Assembly (NCBI GenBank): GCA_016748015.1
Contig: JAAOMT010000718.1
Span: 648,586 to 712,585 of the forward strand
Source of the DNA: Geosiphon pyriformis uo1
Taxonomy: Eukaryota; Fungi; Glomeromycota
Length of the DNA stretch: 64,000 nt
Reading direction: 5' to 3'
Shown: positions 36,561 through 50,585 of the stretch, in pieces
How the letters are laid out: every line of letters begins with the position of its first letter
Position numbering within the stretch: the first letter of the stretch is position 1
Position numbers and translations under genes: made by a program
The notes under the pieces: generated by a model
What the model was told of the DNA's origin: nothing
Seen by the model: the letters and a program-made list of their open reading frames with translations, nothing else
The model's database searches: none

Positions 36561-39500
36561 ATGGCTCACCAACTTAATTTCAAGACTCCTTTTAAAACTC
36601 CTTTTAACAAAAATGTTGTGAAGCCTGCCGAGAAAGAAGAGAAATCTCGCTGCATTCCCTTTAAGCCCAAAAAGATACCTGCGCAAACAGTACCTGTAAA
36701 AAGAACAAGACACACTTATGTCGACGAGAGTGACGAAGAGCAAAATTCCTCAGATGGAAGTGATTATAATTCCGAGTCAGCCTATTCAGAAAGCGACAAA
36801 GATAGCGATACCGATGTTAAACGTCCTCGAAAAAAGACGAAAGGCTCTCAAATTCAAAAAGCCCGAGTTCCATTAGCTAAGCTCTCGACCAGAAGTAATA
36901 ATGCTTCAAAGAATACAAAGTCATCGATACCTTTGATTCATCATGATCCAATCAAGACACTTACCTCGAGATTTAAGATCCCAACCTTTAAAAGCAAAGG
37001 GGACGGTCAACAACCGATCCCCTGCGAAGAAAATAATGACAATCAAAAGACTTTAGGAATTCGTCGAAGACCTTTTCTTGCAACCAAAGCTTTATATGAT
37101 CACACTGCAGAAAATGCTCTCGTTCTTCATTCTCCCTCTGAAGAGGAAGAGCAAAAAGTAGTAGAAGTAAAAGAAAAAAAGGAAAAAACCTTGGGAGAAA
37201 TTTTGGGAGTCGTTATTCCAAAGAATGAGAACAAAGTCCATGTAGTTTTAGGTAAGACTGTTGGTTGTCAGAATCGCAATAATTTGCGGGATCTATAACA
37301 GACAACTGTATTTTCGAAAAAGATCCTAGGCTTACCGCAAAATTGCGCCCCCATCAGAGAGAGGGTGTAAAGGTAAAATAACTTTTCTCAAACACATTGC
37401 TTAATCTATTTGAACATTTTTTACGTTATTTACATTCTTTTTTCTCTGAAAAAGTTTCTTTATGAATGCACAACTGGAAGGGTGGTACCGAATGCCTATG
37501 GGTCAGAATTCACAGACTGAACAATTGACATCATAAATCACAATGAAAGGAGACTAATAAGTTTTTCTTCAAATAGCTGTATCATGGCCGACGAAATGGG
37601 TTTGGGCAAAACTGTAAGCTATATTATGGATATTTCAGTATTCTAGACAATTGACAAAAAAAAATTCTCGCATACTATTTCCGGTATTAGCTGCAATGTA
37701 TCGCCCTGATGTGGACTTTGCTTCGCCAATCCTCAGAACCGAACAAGGGTACGATTGAAAAATGTATTATCGTATGTCCTTCTAGCTTGGTACGCAATTG
37801 GGCCAATGAAATCGGTAATATATTATCTTCTATTACCGAAGATCTCATTTTTCATAACTTATATTTGTGGATATTCTTCTAAATAGTGAAATGGCTTGGT
37901 CCCAATGCGATCAGGCCTTTGGCCATGGACAGCAAGGGTACCAAAGAGAATACAATCAATGAGTTGCGGAAATTCGCCAATGCCCAAGGTCGAATGATAA
38001 TGAATCCAGGTAGAAGATTTTGTCTCTATTTCTTTTATTTTTCGGAAGTTTCATAGACATTCGGGCTCTTTCGTATCATTCTGGGAAACTTTATCAAGTA
38101 TTGATCATTTCATACGAGACGCTTCGTATCAATATATCCGAACTTTCTAATGGGGAAATTGGGCTGTTGCTTTGCGATGAAGGACATCGATTGAAAAATT
38201 CAGGTGGTTTACAAGTTCCTATAATTTTTTTTCTCAATACAATGCTAGACAGAATGTAAATTTCTACTAAATTGCTAAATATTTTGTAGATTCGTTGCTG
38301 TTTCAAGCTCTGAATTCTCTTAAAGTACAACGTAGGGTGATTTTATCTGGCACGCCAATTCAAGTATAATAATTAAAGATAATTAACCAAAGACACTCCC
38401 AAGATAAAATTTTTACAATATTATTCTTTAATTTCAGAACGATCTCTCCGAATATTTTTCCTTGTTGAATTTTGCCAATCCTGGGCTTTTGGGAACCCCC
38501 AGTGAATTCAGGAGAAATTACGAAAACGCCATCATACGTGGTCGTGATGCCGATGCTACTGACCGAGAACGCGAGATTAGTGATCAAAAGCTTTCAGAAC
38601 TTTGGGGGGTTGTTAGTAAATTTATAATTAGGCGAACCAATGATATTTTATCCAAATTCTGTAAGTGGATTTTGCTGAATTTCGTAATCCTGCAACTTAT
38701 TTCACCTTTTACTCCATCCATTTTAGTGCCTCCCAAGTATGAACATGTTGTTTTTTGTCGCCTAAGCAAATTCCAACTTGCGCTTTACAATTTATTCGTG
38801 ACATCACCGGAAATTCAACGCTTACTTCGTGGCGTGGGATCCCAACCTCTCAAAGGTTTTTCATGACCTTGTTTATAGCTCTGTCTTTCAAACACGCTTA
38901 ACCAAATTTAATCTCGTTCCTCAGCCATTAATATCTTGAAGAAATTGTGCAATCATCCTGATTTGCTTAATTTACCTGATGATTTACAAGGATCAGAAGA
39001 TTTATATCCAACGGGGTATTCTATCAAAGAAAAAATGAGGACTGTTAGGCCAGAATTTTCTGGTAAAATGATGGTTTTAGATAGGTTGGTATATATGTGT
39101 AATCACTAAACTGATTTATATAATAAAATATTAAATTTCTCACAAAACGCACTATTCACAGGATGCTATCAAAAATTAAAGAAGAGACAGATGACAAAAT
39201 TGTCTTGATCTCTAATTACACCCAGACTCTCGATTTATTTGAAAAATTATGCCGAAACAGAAAGTATGAGGCATAATCTTTTGTTTTTATAAGATTTATG
39301 GTTTAAATATTCATTTATCGCAGACATCGTTTCCTGCGTTTGGATGGAACAATGAGCGTTCCAAAACGACAAAAGCTGGTTGACAGATTCAATAATCCAG
39401 AGGGCCAAGAATTCATCTTTTTACTAAGTAGTAAAGCGGGTGGTTGTGGCCTGAATCTTATAGGGGCAAACCGACTGGTTTTATTTGATCCAGGTAAGCA

Positions 39501-40257
39501 AACAATAAAAAAGCAAATTTGATTAATCAAAATTTAACCAATTATTTTTGATTTTCCTGTATTCCAGATTGGAATCCTGCGGCCGACCAACAGGTTTTTC
39601 TGTTTTGTTTTGTTTTTTAATTTTTTTTGTCAAATTCCTATTAATTCAGAACTTTTATTTATTAGGCATTGGCAAGAGTATGGAGAGATGGCCAAAAAAA
39701 AGAATGTAATTAAAAAGCTCATTTTACTTTGATAATAGCACTTAATCATAAAAACATTAGACACAAGTTTTAATGGGTGCCCTCAACGTTGAGAATTTTA
39801 TTTTTATCAGGTTTCATCTATCGATTTATCAGCACAGGATCAATTGAAGAAAAGATCTTTCAACGTCAGTCACACAAGCAATCACTTTCCTCTTGTGTGG
39901 TGGATGAGGAAGAACATGTCGAACGGCACTTTTCCGGGGAATCATTAAGACAATTGTTTCGATTCAATGGGAATACTGATTGCGACACACATGGAACCTT
40001 CAAATGTGGAAGATGTCAAAATGGTGTCCAAGCTTCACTAAGTTTAAACATGAATTACGGTGATTCTAGCTCGTAAGTTAAAACATGTTGAATCAAAATT
40101 TTGCATTTGGCTAAACCTTTCAAATATCTGTAGATGGGATCACTTTACAGGAGGCAATGATTTAGTTAAAATCAATGATATAATGCTGAAAGAAGAAGCA
40201 AATCGTGGAACAGTTTCCTTCGTTTTCCAATACAATTCGAAATATGGTAAAAAGTAA
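36561..40257 (+). CDS. RAD54: DNA repair and recombination SNF2-family translocase Rad54, many introns
   Basis: [97 protein letters not shown]. Confidence 0.96.
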
Positions 40258-40671
40258 GTATTGAAACATTACCCGTATTTATTTTCTTGGATCTATGGTA
40301 ATCTAATAATTGTTATGTGCGGCATTCTATAACAGGTCGTGAATAAGAAAAGCTTTTATACGAGATAAAGTGAAAGAAGGTGGCTACTGGCCTGTGATGA
40401 TTAAACATGGAATTTGACATGTTGAATTTTATAGGGTAGTTGCTGAAAATTGTTCTTAATGTTTTTGGCTATCCCGAAACTATCCTGATCAGAAATGTCC
40501 ATTTCGCCACCTCATTTTCATTTATCTATTAATGTCTGTGGAAACTCACTTATAATCCTTTACTAAAAGCATTGTAAAATTGTAATTATGTGATAGGATC
40601 TTGACCATTGGATATTCCCTGTACACATGTGGTCCCACTTATCAAAATGCTTGATTCTTTTTTGATGTAAT

Positions 40672-43600
40672 TCATATTGCGGATTTATCCAACTCATAAA
40701 ATTGATTAAGTAAATTAAAGATTCCTACTTGTCGTGGTCGATCTTGTTCCATTAATACATCATTCCCAGATTTGGCACCCGTTAAAAAGTAAGAATCACC
40801 TAATTCACTCTCATAATTTTCTTGAGGCGAATGCGAAGAATTTAACTGTTCTGTTGTTCCGATGACAACATTTTTTCGAAGCGTTGGACCTTGTGGAGAG
40901 TCGGACGGGCCATCTTCTTGCAGCAATGAATCAATACCAAACCCAAGACTAGAACGACGCGCATGAGGGGCGTTAATGTGCCCTTTTGAAGTCCCGAAAG
41001 GTATATTGCTCCCGCGACGATTATTTCGAAGAATCGAATCAATACCAAACAGGCGTGTGTTACTGGTGCGCTCAGGATTGATTTGATTATTAAATTCAGT
41101 CAGGCGAGTAAGATAAGCAGACCCAGTAGGATCTGTAGGTTCCCAATCAGGATGATTCGCCTGTGTGTAAAACAATGAAATGTTTTTGTTTGTTTGTTTG
41201 TTTGTTGTTTTGTTTGTGAGCTATTGATATAATGATGTAGAAATGTAAAAAAATGATATATGGAAGTTTACCTTGAAATTCAAAAAGCTCTTTTCCATCT
41301 TTCCTTGGTTTGAAATATAATATTCGTTGGCAACTTCAGTTGGGGCGCCATACTGGGATAAGCATTCATATTGGTAAGCTGAATTGGAACCAAACATGCA
41401 AGAAGATAAAGGAGTTATGAAAAAATTTACCTTCACATTCCCATGTCGCTTGAAATCAAATACTGCAAAGCTGCAGACGTAACCGACTCCTTCCACATGT
41501 AGAGTGAATTCACGGAAAAAGTCCACGATCTTTTGTAAGTATAAAGTTAAGGAGGTCTTGAAAGATTGAAGGAAAAAGAAATTGGATGCTTGCAAAAGTA
41601 TTTCAAAGGATATCACTACAATCTGGCAAAGAGTACCACAATATAAGTGGGGTGAAAATGACGCTGACAATTTCTTGGATAAAAAGAATCACTTTCATGT
41701 CAAATAGTTGAGCAAATCCTTTGCGGACCTATAAATGTATCAATAGGTAAGGTCCAACTTATCGGATGAAAAAATTAATAAATAAAGCTGTAAAAATGAA
41801 GAAACCTTCTCAGCATGCAAATCTTCTCTCCAATCATCGGGCAAATAATGAGTGTATTCTATAACTTCCTTCAGAATCATTTCAGGATCAAATACCGAAT
41901 GTTCATCTGGGATCAGACCACGGCTAACATGCAAAATGGTACCACATAATCCGAGGTAAAAAATAAGGGTACGTTCAGGCGTGATCTCAAATCTAAATAG
42001 CTCGGGATCGATCACGGTAGCCAACAGAAGAATAGCGGCAAAAGATCCAGCAATAAATGAGACAAATCTTTTTTGATAAAAATTCAAAAGATTACATAAT
42101 AATCAAAACGCGTTCCTCCAACCAACCAACCAACCAACCAAAAAAAAGCCTCACCTGGCAACCAAGACAGATTTCTCTTTTGGAAATTGATTGATATATT
42201 TCATAGCGGGTTCATAGCTATTATTTAGCCTTGTTTGGAATAGGTGGGGCAATTCATTAAACTCACGAAACATCCATCGGGCAAAAGGTGACCATTGGCG
42301 AGATCCGATTGAACTGGGGTTCTTGTGATATTCCTTGTTAAATTACCAGGGAAATTATAAATTATGATTAATGAAATTTAAAGTGAACCGAACCAAGCAA
42401 CCGACCGACCGACCAACCATGTAAAATCAAAGCAATCTCGGAAAAGTAATGATAATATGAGACTTACATCAAAATATCTGAAGAAAAAGAACATGAGAAG
42501 ATAGACAACAATAAAGGGAGCAAAAATAAGGTTAATCCAACCCATAAGGACAAATCGGTTGCTCAATCTATAAAAATTTGATTGTAAAAAAACTATTAAG
42601 AGGCCAATAGCAAGATGATTATTTGAGATATGATTTTGAGATGAAAGTTAAAATTTATGCATATGTGAGTACCCTTTGGTTAATTCTTCTTTCGGAACAT
42701 CCTTGAGATATTTCTTTTTGACTTGACCCTCATCATTAAAGGCATAATCCATTATGCAAAGGTTCAGGTTCCATTCAAGTGTTTTTGTTAAAATTTGTTG
42801 TCGATTCAAAAAGGGAAGGGGAATAGTAAGTTTCAATATATCCTTGTTTATGAGGGCAATTAAATAATTTTCTTGACGCATAATTCTATTAGCAATATTA
42901 TGAGCGTCAAGGCGTTGTTGCGGTTGATCTTGGGTCAAATGATAGACTTGATGACTAGTGGTGGGATTGTTGTCCCGAAGTCTTACTATTTGATTGACGA
43001 TTCTTTGCCAAGATACAGTTTGGATATCATCCTATGTAGGGCGCGAATTCGAAGATTTAAATCAGATGACGAGTTGAAATAGAAGACTGAGGAGGAGATA
43101 ACTTACGTCAGGGATTTCCAACAAATAAGTGTAAAAGTTGAACATATCGTTTAACCGACCAATATCCAATATTAGACGAAAGACTTGGTAGACAAAAAAG
43201 CAGCAGAAGATGGTTACAAAAAATTGACTTAATCCTGATAACCTAGCCAAATTGTAATAGAAAATTGTAAGGACTTGAAACAGGTCAAGTCAAATATAAT
43301 GATGATTTTTTCCTGAAAAATTACCTGCTAAAACATTGAGCAATTACCACTTCAGATAATTTTTTGCTATGTCTAATTGACGAGTAATCAACACAACCGA
43401 TCAGAAATACCGAGAATCCTATTACGAAACCCAATTGCCTGAATCGGGAGAAAATCTAGAATTATTTCTAGGAAATAAATGAGATAAATTGACAAATAGC
43501 GATAAAAACTTACAACAGGCTCAGAACTCTATTCAACAAGATGCAATTCATGCCTTTACCAATGTAATAAGCATATACCTAAGTTAAAAGTATTAATGAT

Positions 43601-44107
43601 TTTCTTGATGTATTAGGGTGTAATGAAAAAGCAAAAGTAAAAAGTTTTTTGATACGCTACCTGGCCAAGAAATGAGTCCAGATTCTCCACATTAGCCCAT
43701 TTCCACATTGTGAGTTCTTTCATGATCTCCTTTTGTGATCTCGTATTGGGCTGTTGCCTTTGACCTTGGTTAACAAAATTCCAACCAGGAGCTGGTGTCC
43801 CGCGACGATCATCCTCTGGGTTATTGCGAGGCATTTCAACCATTAGTGAGGCGGGAACTTCTTCCTCTTCTCCTTCTTCTTCTTCTTCTTCTTCTTCTTC
43901 TTGGAAATCACCAGTGGGTAAAGGTTGATAGATGGGCTGTCGGTTACCAGAGAAATTTTTAAATGGAGATGCATGTGAGGTCGGTTTTCTTGAAGAGCTA
44001 GAGTTTCTCGTTGGTTTTATTGAATAGCTCTCTGATAAATTTTCTTGGTCCTCGTGAAGGGTAACATATGCGGATTCATTAGGCTGAGGTCGATTTCTAT
44101 CTGCCAT
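40672..44107 (-). CDS. ATG9: Autophagy lipid scramblase Atg9, multi-exon
   Basis: [88 protein letters not shown]...PDW. Confidence 0.95.
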
Positions 44108-44294
44108 ATTTAGTGGCAAGAGTCACCTGTTATTCAGTGATAAAATAAGAAATAAGAAATAGATGTTTAATTTAAAAAGAAAGTGAGGAAAGAGTAAAGA
44201 AAAGTACGTGTTTGGAATGCGTAATATAGTAGACATTATGGTAATAGACGTGTGGGGTCTCCACCTACGTAATGGGTGCGTTGATGATGTTTTA

Positions 44295-44328
<34 letters not shown>

Positions 44329-44729
44329 TAAATCCAAAAAACACGTGAATAGCCACCTGTTATTTATAAAGATAAAATTTTATTTTTTGAAATTAAAATC
44401 AGTTATTATGATTTTAATTAACAAATGATCATAAGAATAATATGTATATGTTTTTATGTTTCTATGTGTCTATGTATGTATAAGATACAAGAATGAAAAA
44501 CAAAATTATGAAAAAAAATGTTTATGTTTAAAAAAATTCAACTATTTTATTTCGTAAATTTTACATAAAAAAAAAAGTGAATATAAACATATTTGCCATT
44601 TATATATTTAAATTAATAATTTTTAATGCGCTTTTATAACATCATGCAGATTTTTATTTTCTGTTAATGGAACATTATTTTTTTTTCTGGGATTTGAATT
44701 GTTATTATTCGGTATCGGGGGGAGGGGAG

Positions 44730-44765
44730 GGGAAATCGAAATCGAAATCGAAATCGAAATCGGGG
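44730..44765. repeat. (GAAATC)5 tandem repeat
   Basis: GGAAATCGAAATCGAAATCGAAATCGAAATCG. Confidence 0.9.
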
Positions 44766-45371
44766 GATTATTAAAAAAAGAGATGAATTTTTTGATTTTT
44801 AATTTTTTCGTTTTAATTGAAATTTTTTTTTTTTTTTACATGACCTTGTGACATGGGGAAACAATTATTTAGGGGGGTTTTTTTTTCTAAATATTAATTT
44901 TCAATGCCAATAGGAAAATGTGAATAAATGGGAAAAAAAAAATTTGTTGTTGTATGTGTGTATATTTAATGTTTGAGTTTTGTCATTGATTTTCAACGCA
45001 TTGACCCCAATTGATGATGATAGTAGTCAGGGACATGAAAAAAAAATTTTTTTTATGAAAATCCGCATTGTTCAGTTTTTCACAAACAATGTGATGATTA
45101 TGATTATGATGATGATCATTATGATTCAATATTATTTTTTATTATTTGTAAAAAGTGAATTGTTCTCTTTAGGGGTGGAGTGACGAAATAAATTTTTGAT
45201 TAAACATCATAGGTTAAAGATATTATATCTGTCTTTCAATTCTTTAAACCTGGTTAAATTTCAAACCCAAACACACGGGTTTTAATCAAAAAAATCAAGA
45301 TATAATGTTATTTTACGTAAGAAAAAAAAACTTTTTAAACCATATATAATTTTTTTGGTTATCCTCATATC

Positions 45372-45461
45372 AAAGAGAAAGAGAGAGAGAGAGAGAGAAA
45401 GAAAGAAAGAAAGAGAAAGAGAGAGAAAGAGAGAGAAAGAAAGAAAGAAAGAAAGAGAGAG
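45372..45461. repeat. Polypurine (GA/GAAA)n tract
   Basis: About 90 bp of only A/G. Confidence 0.9.
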
Positions 45462-45780
45462 TATCAGAAATAATCTTCTTTTTTCTTTTTTTTCTTTCTC
45501 CTTTAAATTTTAATCTTATCTTTTAACAGAAAAGAAAAAGTTTAAGGCGTTTTTCAACTTTAAATTTAAATTTCTTCTATGAAAAAATTATTGATACATG
45601 ATTAAATTAACATTTAAAGTTTTTTTTTTGGTTTCTATTTTATAAAAAATAAAAAAAATTTTCAAGACTTGGAGTTATCTCAGCCAAAATCTTTAAAAAA
45701 AAAAACCTTATTTTTTGTAATGTGATATCTCCTCATATTAATCTTTAAAGCATTTTTAAATTAAAATAATCAGGTATTTG

Positions 45781-45816
<36 letters not shown>

Positions 45817-45922
45817 GTATATATTTATAATTTCAAATCTTTTTTTAAATTTTTAATTACAATGGTTTTTTTAATATTACGGCCGTGTTCTCGGTCACAA
45901 AAAACAATAATTGTCCGAGACA

Positions 45923-45933
45923 ATTATTATTAC

Positions 45934-46030
<97 letters not shown>
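45923..46030. repeat. (TTA)n microsatellite, ~35 units
   Basis: Direct reading. Confidence 0.97.
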
Positions 46031-47308
46031 TATTATCACAAACTTTTTAATAGTAGTACATGAAAAAGCCTTCTTCTTATTACACAAAAAGAAAAAAATG
46101 TAAATTTCACAACCAGAGTTTTCCGTAACCCTTCAAATTTGAATTTATAAAACGATCGGAACTTACGTTTACCATTTTTGAAGATCTCCCGAATAAGTTA
46201 AAATGACCAATCAAAATAAAAAGAACAGCCGGAAAACTGAATATCAAAAGTTTCTTATCCCTCTATCCCTCTATCCTTCTACCCCTCTACCCCTCTCTCT
46301 CTCCCTCACACTATTCTTTTCATTACACCACCTGTCACAAGTTTTTTCCCATCTTAACCATATTTGTTCATATAGATAATACTTTTGTTAGGATCACGAC
46401 TTTTTTAACGGTTACCCGAAATTTCTTTTTTACTTATAGTAGCAGCTAAGTTGTTTTCCCAATACGAGGTTGTGTGTCCCAAAGATTCACCATTTTTGAT
46501 CATCATCATCATCATCAAAAAAACCCATTTATCCTGATATAGAAAACTGTCCTTTTTTTTTCCTCACCTGGATATCGAATATTAAAAATAAAAATTTGAA
46601 CAGATAAAGTTGTCGGATAAAATAATTAAATTTCTTTAAGGAAAAATTCGGAACCGTTAAAATTTTTCCTTAAAAACATATATCTGCTTAAACCACATCA
46701 AATTTTAAACCCATTAACGTACAAATCTTTCGAAATAGGTCGTGACCAATTTTTCACTTGCACAAAAAACCAAATTATATATTATCAAACTGACTTATTC
46801 TCGTTATCTTTTTTTTCTGGAAATCATCATCATCATCATCGTCCTTCTCCCTTTTTATTATTATAATCTTACTTCTTATTCAACTATTCAAAACTTTTTT
46901 TTCTAATATTTTACACATCACTAGAACTATTACCAACAAAGTTGCTTGAAAATCCCTCCTCCGACTCCCACATATATCACACAAAATCATAATTTACTCC
47001 TAAAACCTTTTTCTCTCGAAACACCCCCAAATAGCAATACTCAACTCAAAGTTTCCTCCTGGTAACGAACAATTCTTTTCAACTTTTCTCTCAGACAACT
47101 TTAACGACTCGGAAAAAAAAACAAAAAAAAAACGAATCCCAACAGACCAAACTCAACAAACATTGTTCAGGTTACTGTCCTCTCTCATCTTTACCATAAC
47201 CCATAGTAGCGACAACAACAACAACAACAATAATAATAATAACAACTACTACAACTACAACTACAACTACAACTATAACAACAAGAACGAAAAAGAACTC
47301 ACTATATT

Positions 47309-48118
47309 ATGACTTCACTTTTAGTCCGAGCCTTATACGATTTTAACTCGTCTGATTCTTCGAGCCTTTCTTTTCGTAAAAACGATATCATACAAGTGAT
47401 AACACAGCTGGAGTCTGGTTGGTGGGACGGAATATGTAATAATGAACGTGGATGGTTTCCCTCAAACTATGTCACTACTTTTGAAGATTATGAAGAACTA
47501 CTGGAAGATGATGAGAACCAGGTGAGAAAAACTTTAGATAAAGGAAACAATTGGACGTGATTTTAATTGCAAAGTTATTATGTGTGTGTGTGTGAAAAAT
47601 TCTTAGCCTTATTAATTGACTTTTTTGACTGGGGTTTGCTTCAACGAAAGAATGTGGTTAGAGAAATGTGAGGACATGGTATTTAAGACTATTGGTGTGA
47701 TAAATTTGATTTGATTGAGTCCAATCATCCTAAGGATTATTTTAATTCAAATTCAAAATTTCAATCAAAATTTTCTTATTTCATAATTTCCTTTTTGAAT
47801 TCATGACTAAAGAATCCCAAAATCACTCACACAATATTAATACGCAGATGTCTGATTGGATAATGCAGGAAACAGCTGATGGAGAAATATTTTATTACAA
47901 CATACAAACACGTGAATCTGCTTGGGAATTACCACAAGATGATACTGAATCTGTTGTAACCTCTCGTTCTAACCCAAACACTCAAGATATTGTTACAGAA
48001 GTGGTCACCAATGAAACCATTACAAACAATAGTAACGATAATAATTATAATATTAACAACAGTAACAACAACAACAACAAAAATAGCAATTTGAATCATT
48101 ATAGCTTGAATTCAACCA

Positions 48119-48150
<32 letters not shown>

Positions 48151-48852
48151 CTATCATCAAATTTCACGGGAGCAGTTTATACAAATAATAATCAAAGAAT
48201 TTCATCAGAATTACCAGACCCTGATTCTGCTCTATCATTATCATCTGCATCACTAAGTAATCATTATATCGAATCATCTCAAATATTACCCGAGGATTGG
48301 ATAAAACAACCCACCGAAGATGGAAATACTTATTATTATCTTAACACGAAAACTCGAGAAATTCGTTGGACATTTCCTGGGAATACTGCCGGCGCTTCAC
48401 CTTCCACTTCAATCCCAATTGTAAATGGTAATAATAATATCAACAATAACAATAACAATAACAATAACAATTCTGATCTTAATCTTAATAGCAGCATAGC
48501 AACCAGTTCACCTGATATTATTGGAGATGAAAGAAATCACGTTGATGTTAATAATCTTGATGATAATAATTATCAAGAAATTGAAAATGTTCCTTTGATC
48601 TCATCAATCCCATTAAAACTTGAAGAATCAGTGATGAAAAATGATGAAGTATTTGATATTGAAACCGAAGATAAAGAAAGTATCACTAGCTCATGTGAAA
48701 ATCATCAAAGTTCCATTACCATTGAAGCAATAGATCAACAACAACAACAACAACAATTACTATTAGCACACCAATTACAAGAAAAAGAAGAAGCTTCACT
48801 CAATGGAATTGATAATGTTGTTGTTGATAACGATGAGGATGATGATGATTAC

Positions 48853-48918
<66 letters not shown>

Positions 48919-49828
48919 GATGATAATATCATTAATCACTCGGAACAAAGACCTCCACCTAATTGGGCTATAAAGAAAACACCTCAAGGTCAAATTTATG
49001 CTTTCAACAAATTGACCGATTTGGTAACTTGGAGGCTTGATAAGAATGATGTGGGATCCGCTCAATTGAATCAATTAAAACATGAACATTCATCGTTAAC
49101 TCAACAAGATCAAATTAATCAAATACATTATCAGCAACAATTAGAACAAGAAGATATTACACAACAACAACAACGGTTATCTCTACCACCACCATCACTA
49201 CCACCAACTCCAACAACTCCAATTCCGACAACCCCAATTTCACCACAAAGGCGTAAATTATCAATTGCTTCAATGGGCATGACACCAAACATTTTGACAC
49301 CACAAAATTTTATTGAACCATTAACTTGGGAATCATTATCCGGGACAGTAATAATGGCAATTCATCAATTAAATTTGGCCGCTAAAGAAAATGAAAAACA
49401 TAATTATACATCATGTACAAATTCTATAGCGGAAAGTATTCGAATAATGCTATACGCTTCAGGAACTGTGGAAAAAGATTCTTCAATAATACGTCAGAAT
49501 CGTACCTTGAAAATTCATCATCGTCATATAATGGCCTCACTATCGAAATTGGTTTTATCAACAAAAGTTGCTTCGGGAGTTTGGCCTCCTTCAGATGCCG
49601 TTTACAAAATGAAAAATGATGCGGATGAGGTATTGGTAGCGGTACGTCAATTTGTTCAAGCTGCCGAACAAGTGGTTGAGATTAAACGTCCTGATCCTCG
49701 AATTTTGGATAGTACCAATGGTGGAGCTTGGCGTGGTAATAATTTACCTCCGATTTTATCACCGAACGGTCGACATCTTAATAAACCACTATCAATTTCT
49801 ACTACCGCTATAATCCCAATCAATGATG

Positions 49829-49876
<48 letters not shown>

Positions 49877-50554
49877 GTAAAAAACATGGTGGTGATGGTG
49901 GTGTTGGTGGTAATAATAGTAATGAAGCTAATGGAAATAGTTCCGCAAGTCCTTCTTCTTCTCCCATCTCCCATAGTCCGGCTCGATCATTAACACCAGA
50001 TCTTCTAGCATCACTTGATCATACATCAAGAATAGTGACGAAAGCGATCACACTTTTATTAAATCACATCAAAAAAACCATAGAAATTCCACGTGATTCA
50101 TTGGTCAATAATTCAGGATTCGCAACACAATTAATTTCACAAACAAGACAAGTTGTGACACATGTCGGACAATTTCTATTGTTGATTGAAGATATAAATT
50201 TGGAGGATTTGGATTCAACAAGTTCGGGATCTATCGATGAATTTAAAGTTGCCAAACAAGCTCTTTATAATAATATTGCCGGTTTAGTAATTTGTACTCA
50301 ATCTGCCACCGATCCGTTAGCACCACATAATGCCATGGACCAAGTCTTAGTATCAACAAATGTTGTGGATAAATCTGTCAAAGATGTTATTATTGCCACG
50401 AAATTTTTGGTCGAAGAAAAAGATGCTCAAGATCAAAGGCTTCTTCAGTTGAACATGAGAAGAAGAAATAACTCGATTACCAATAATGATTTTCCCATAA
50501 AAACTAGACGATTGACGGGGATGAGCTATGGTTCCATACAAAATTCTCACTACC

Positions 50555-50585
<31 letters not shown>

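Noticed and set aside
45778-46103. Poly-Y, poly-L and poly-N ORFs
   Set aside because: Translations of the (TTA)n microsatellite.
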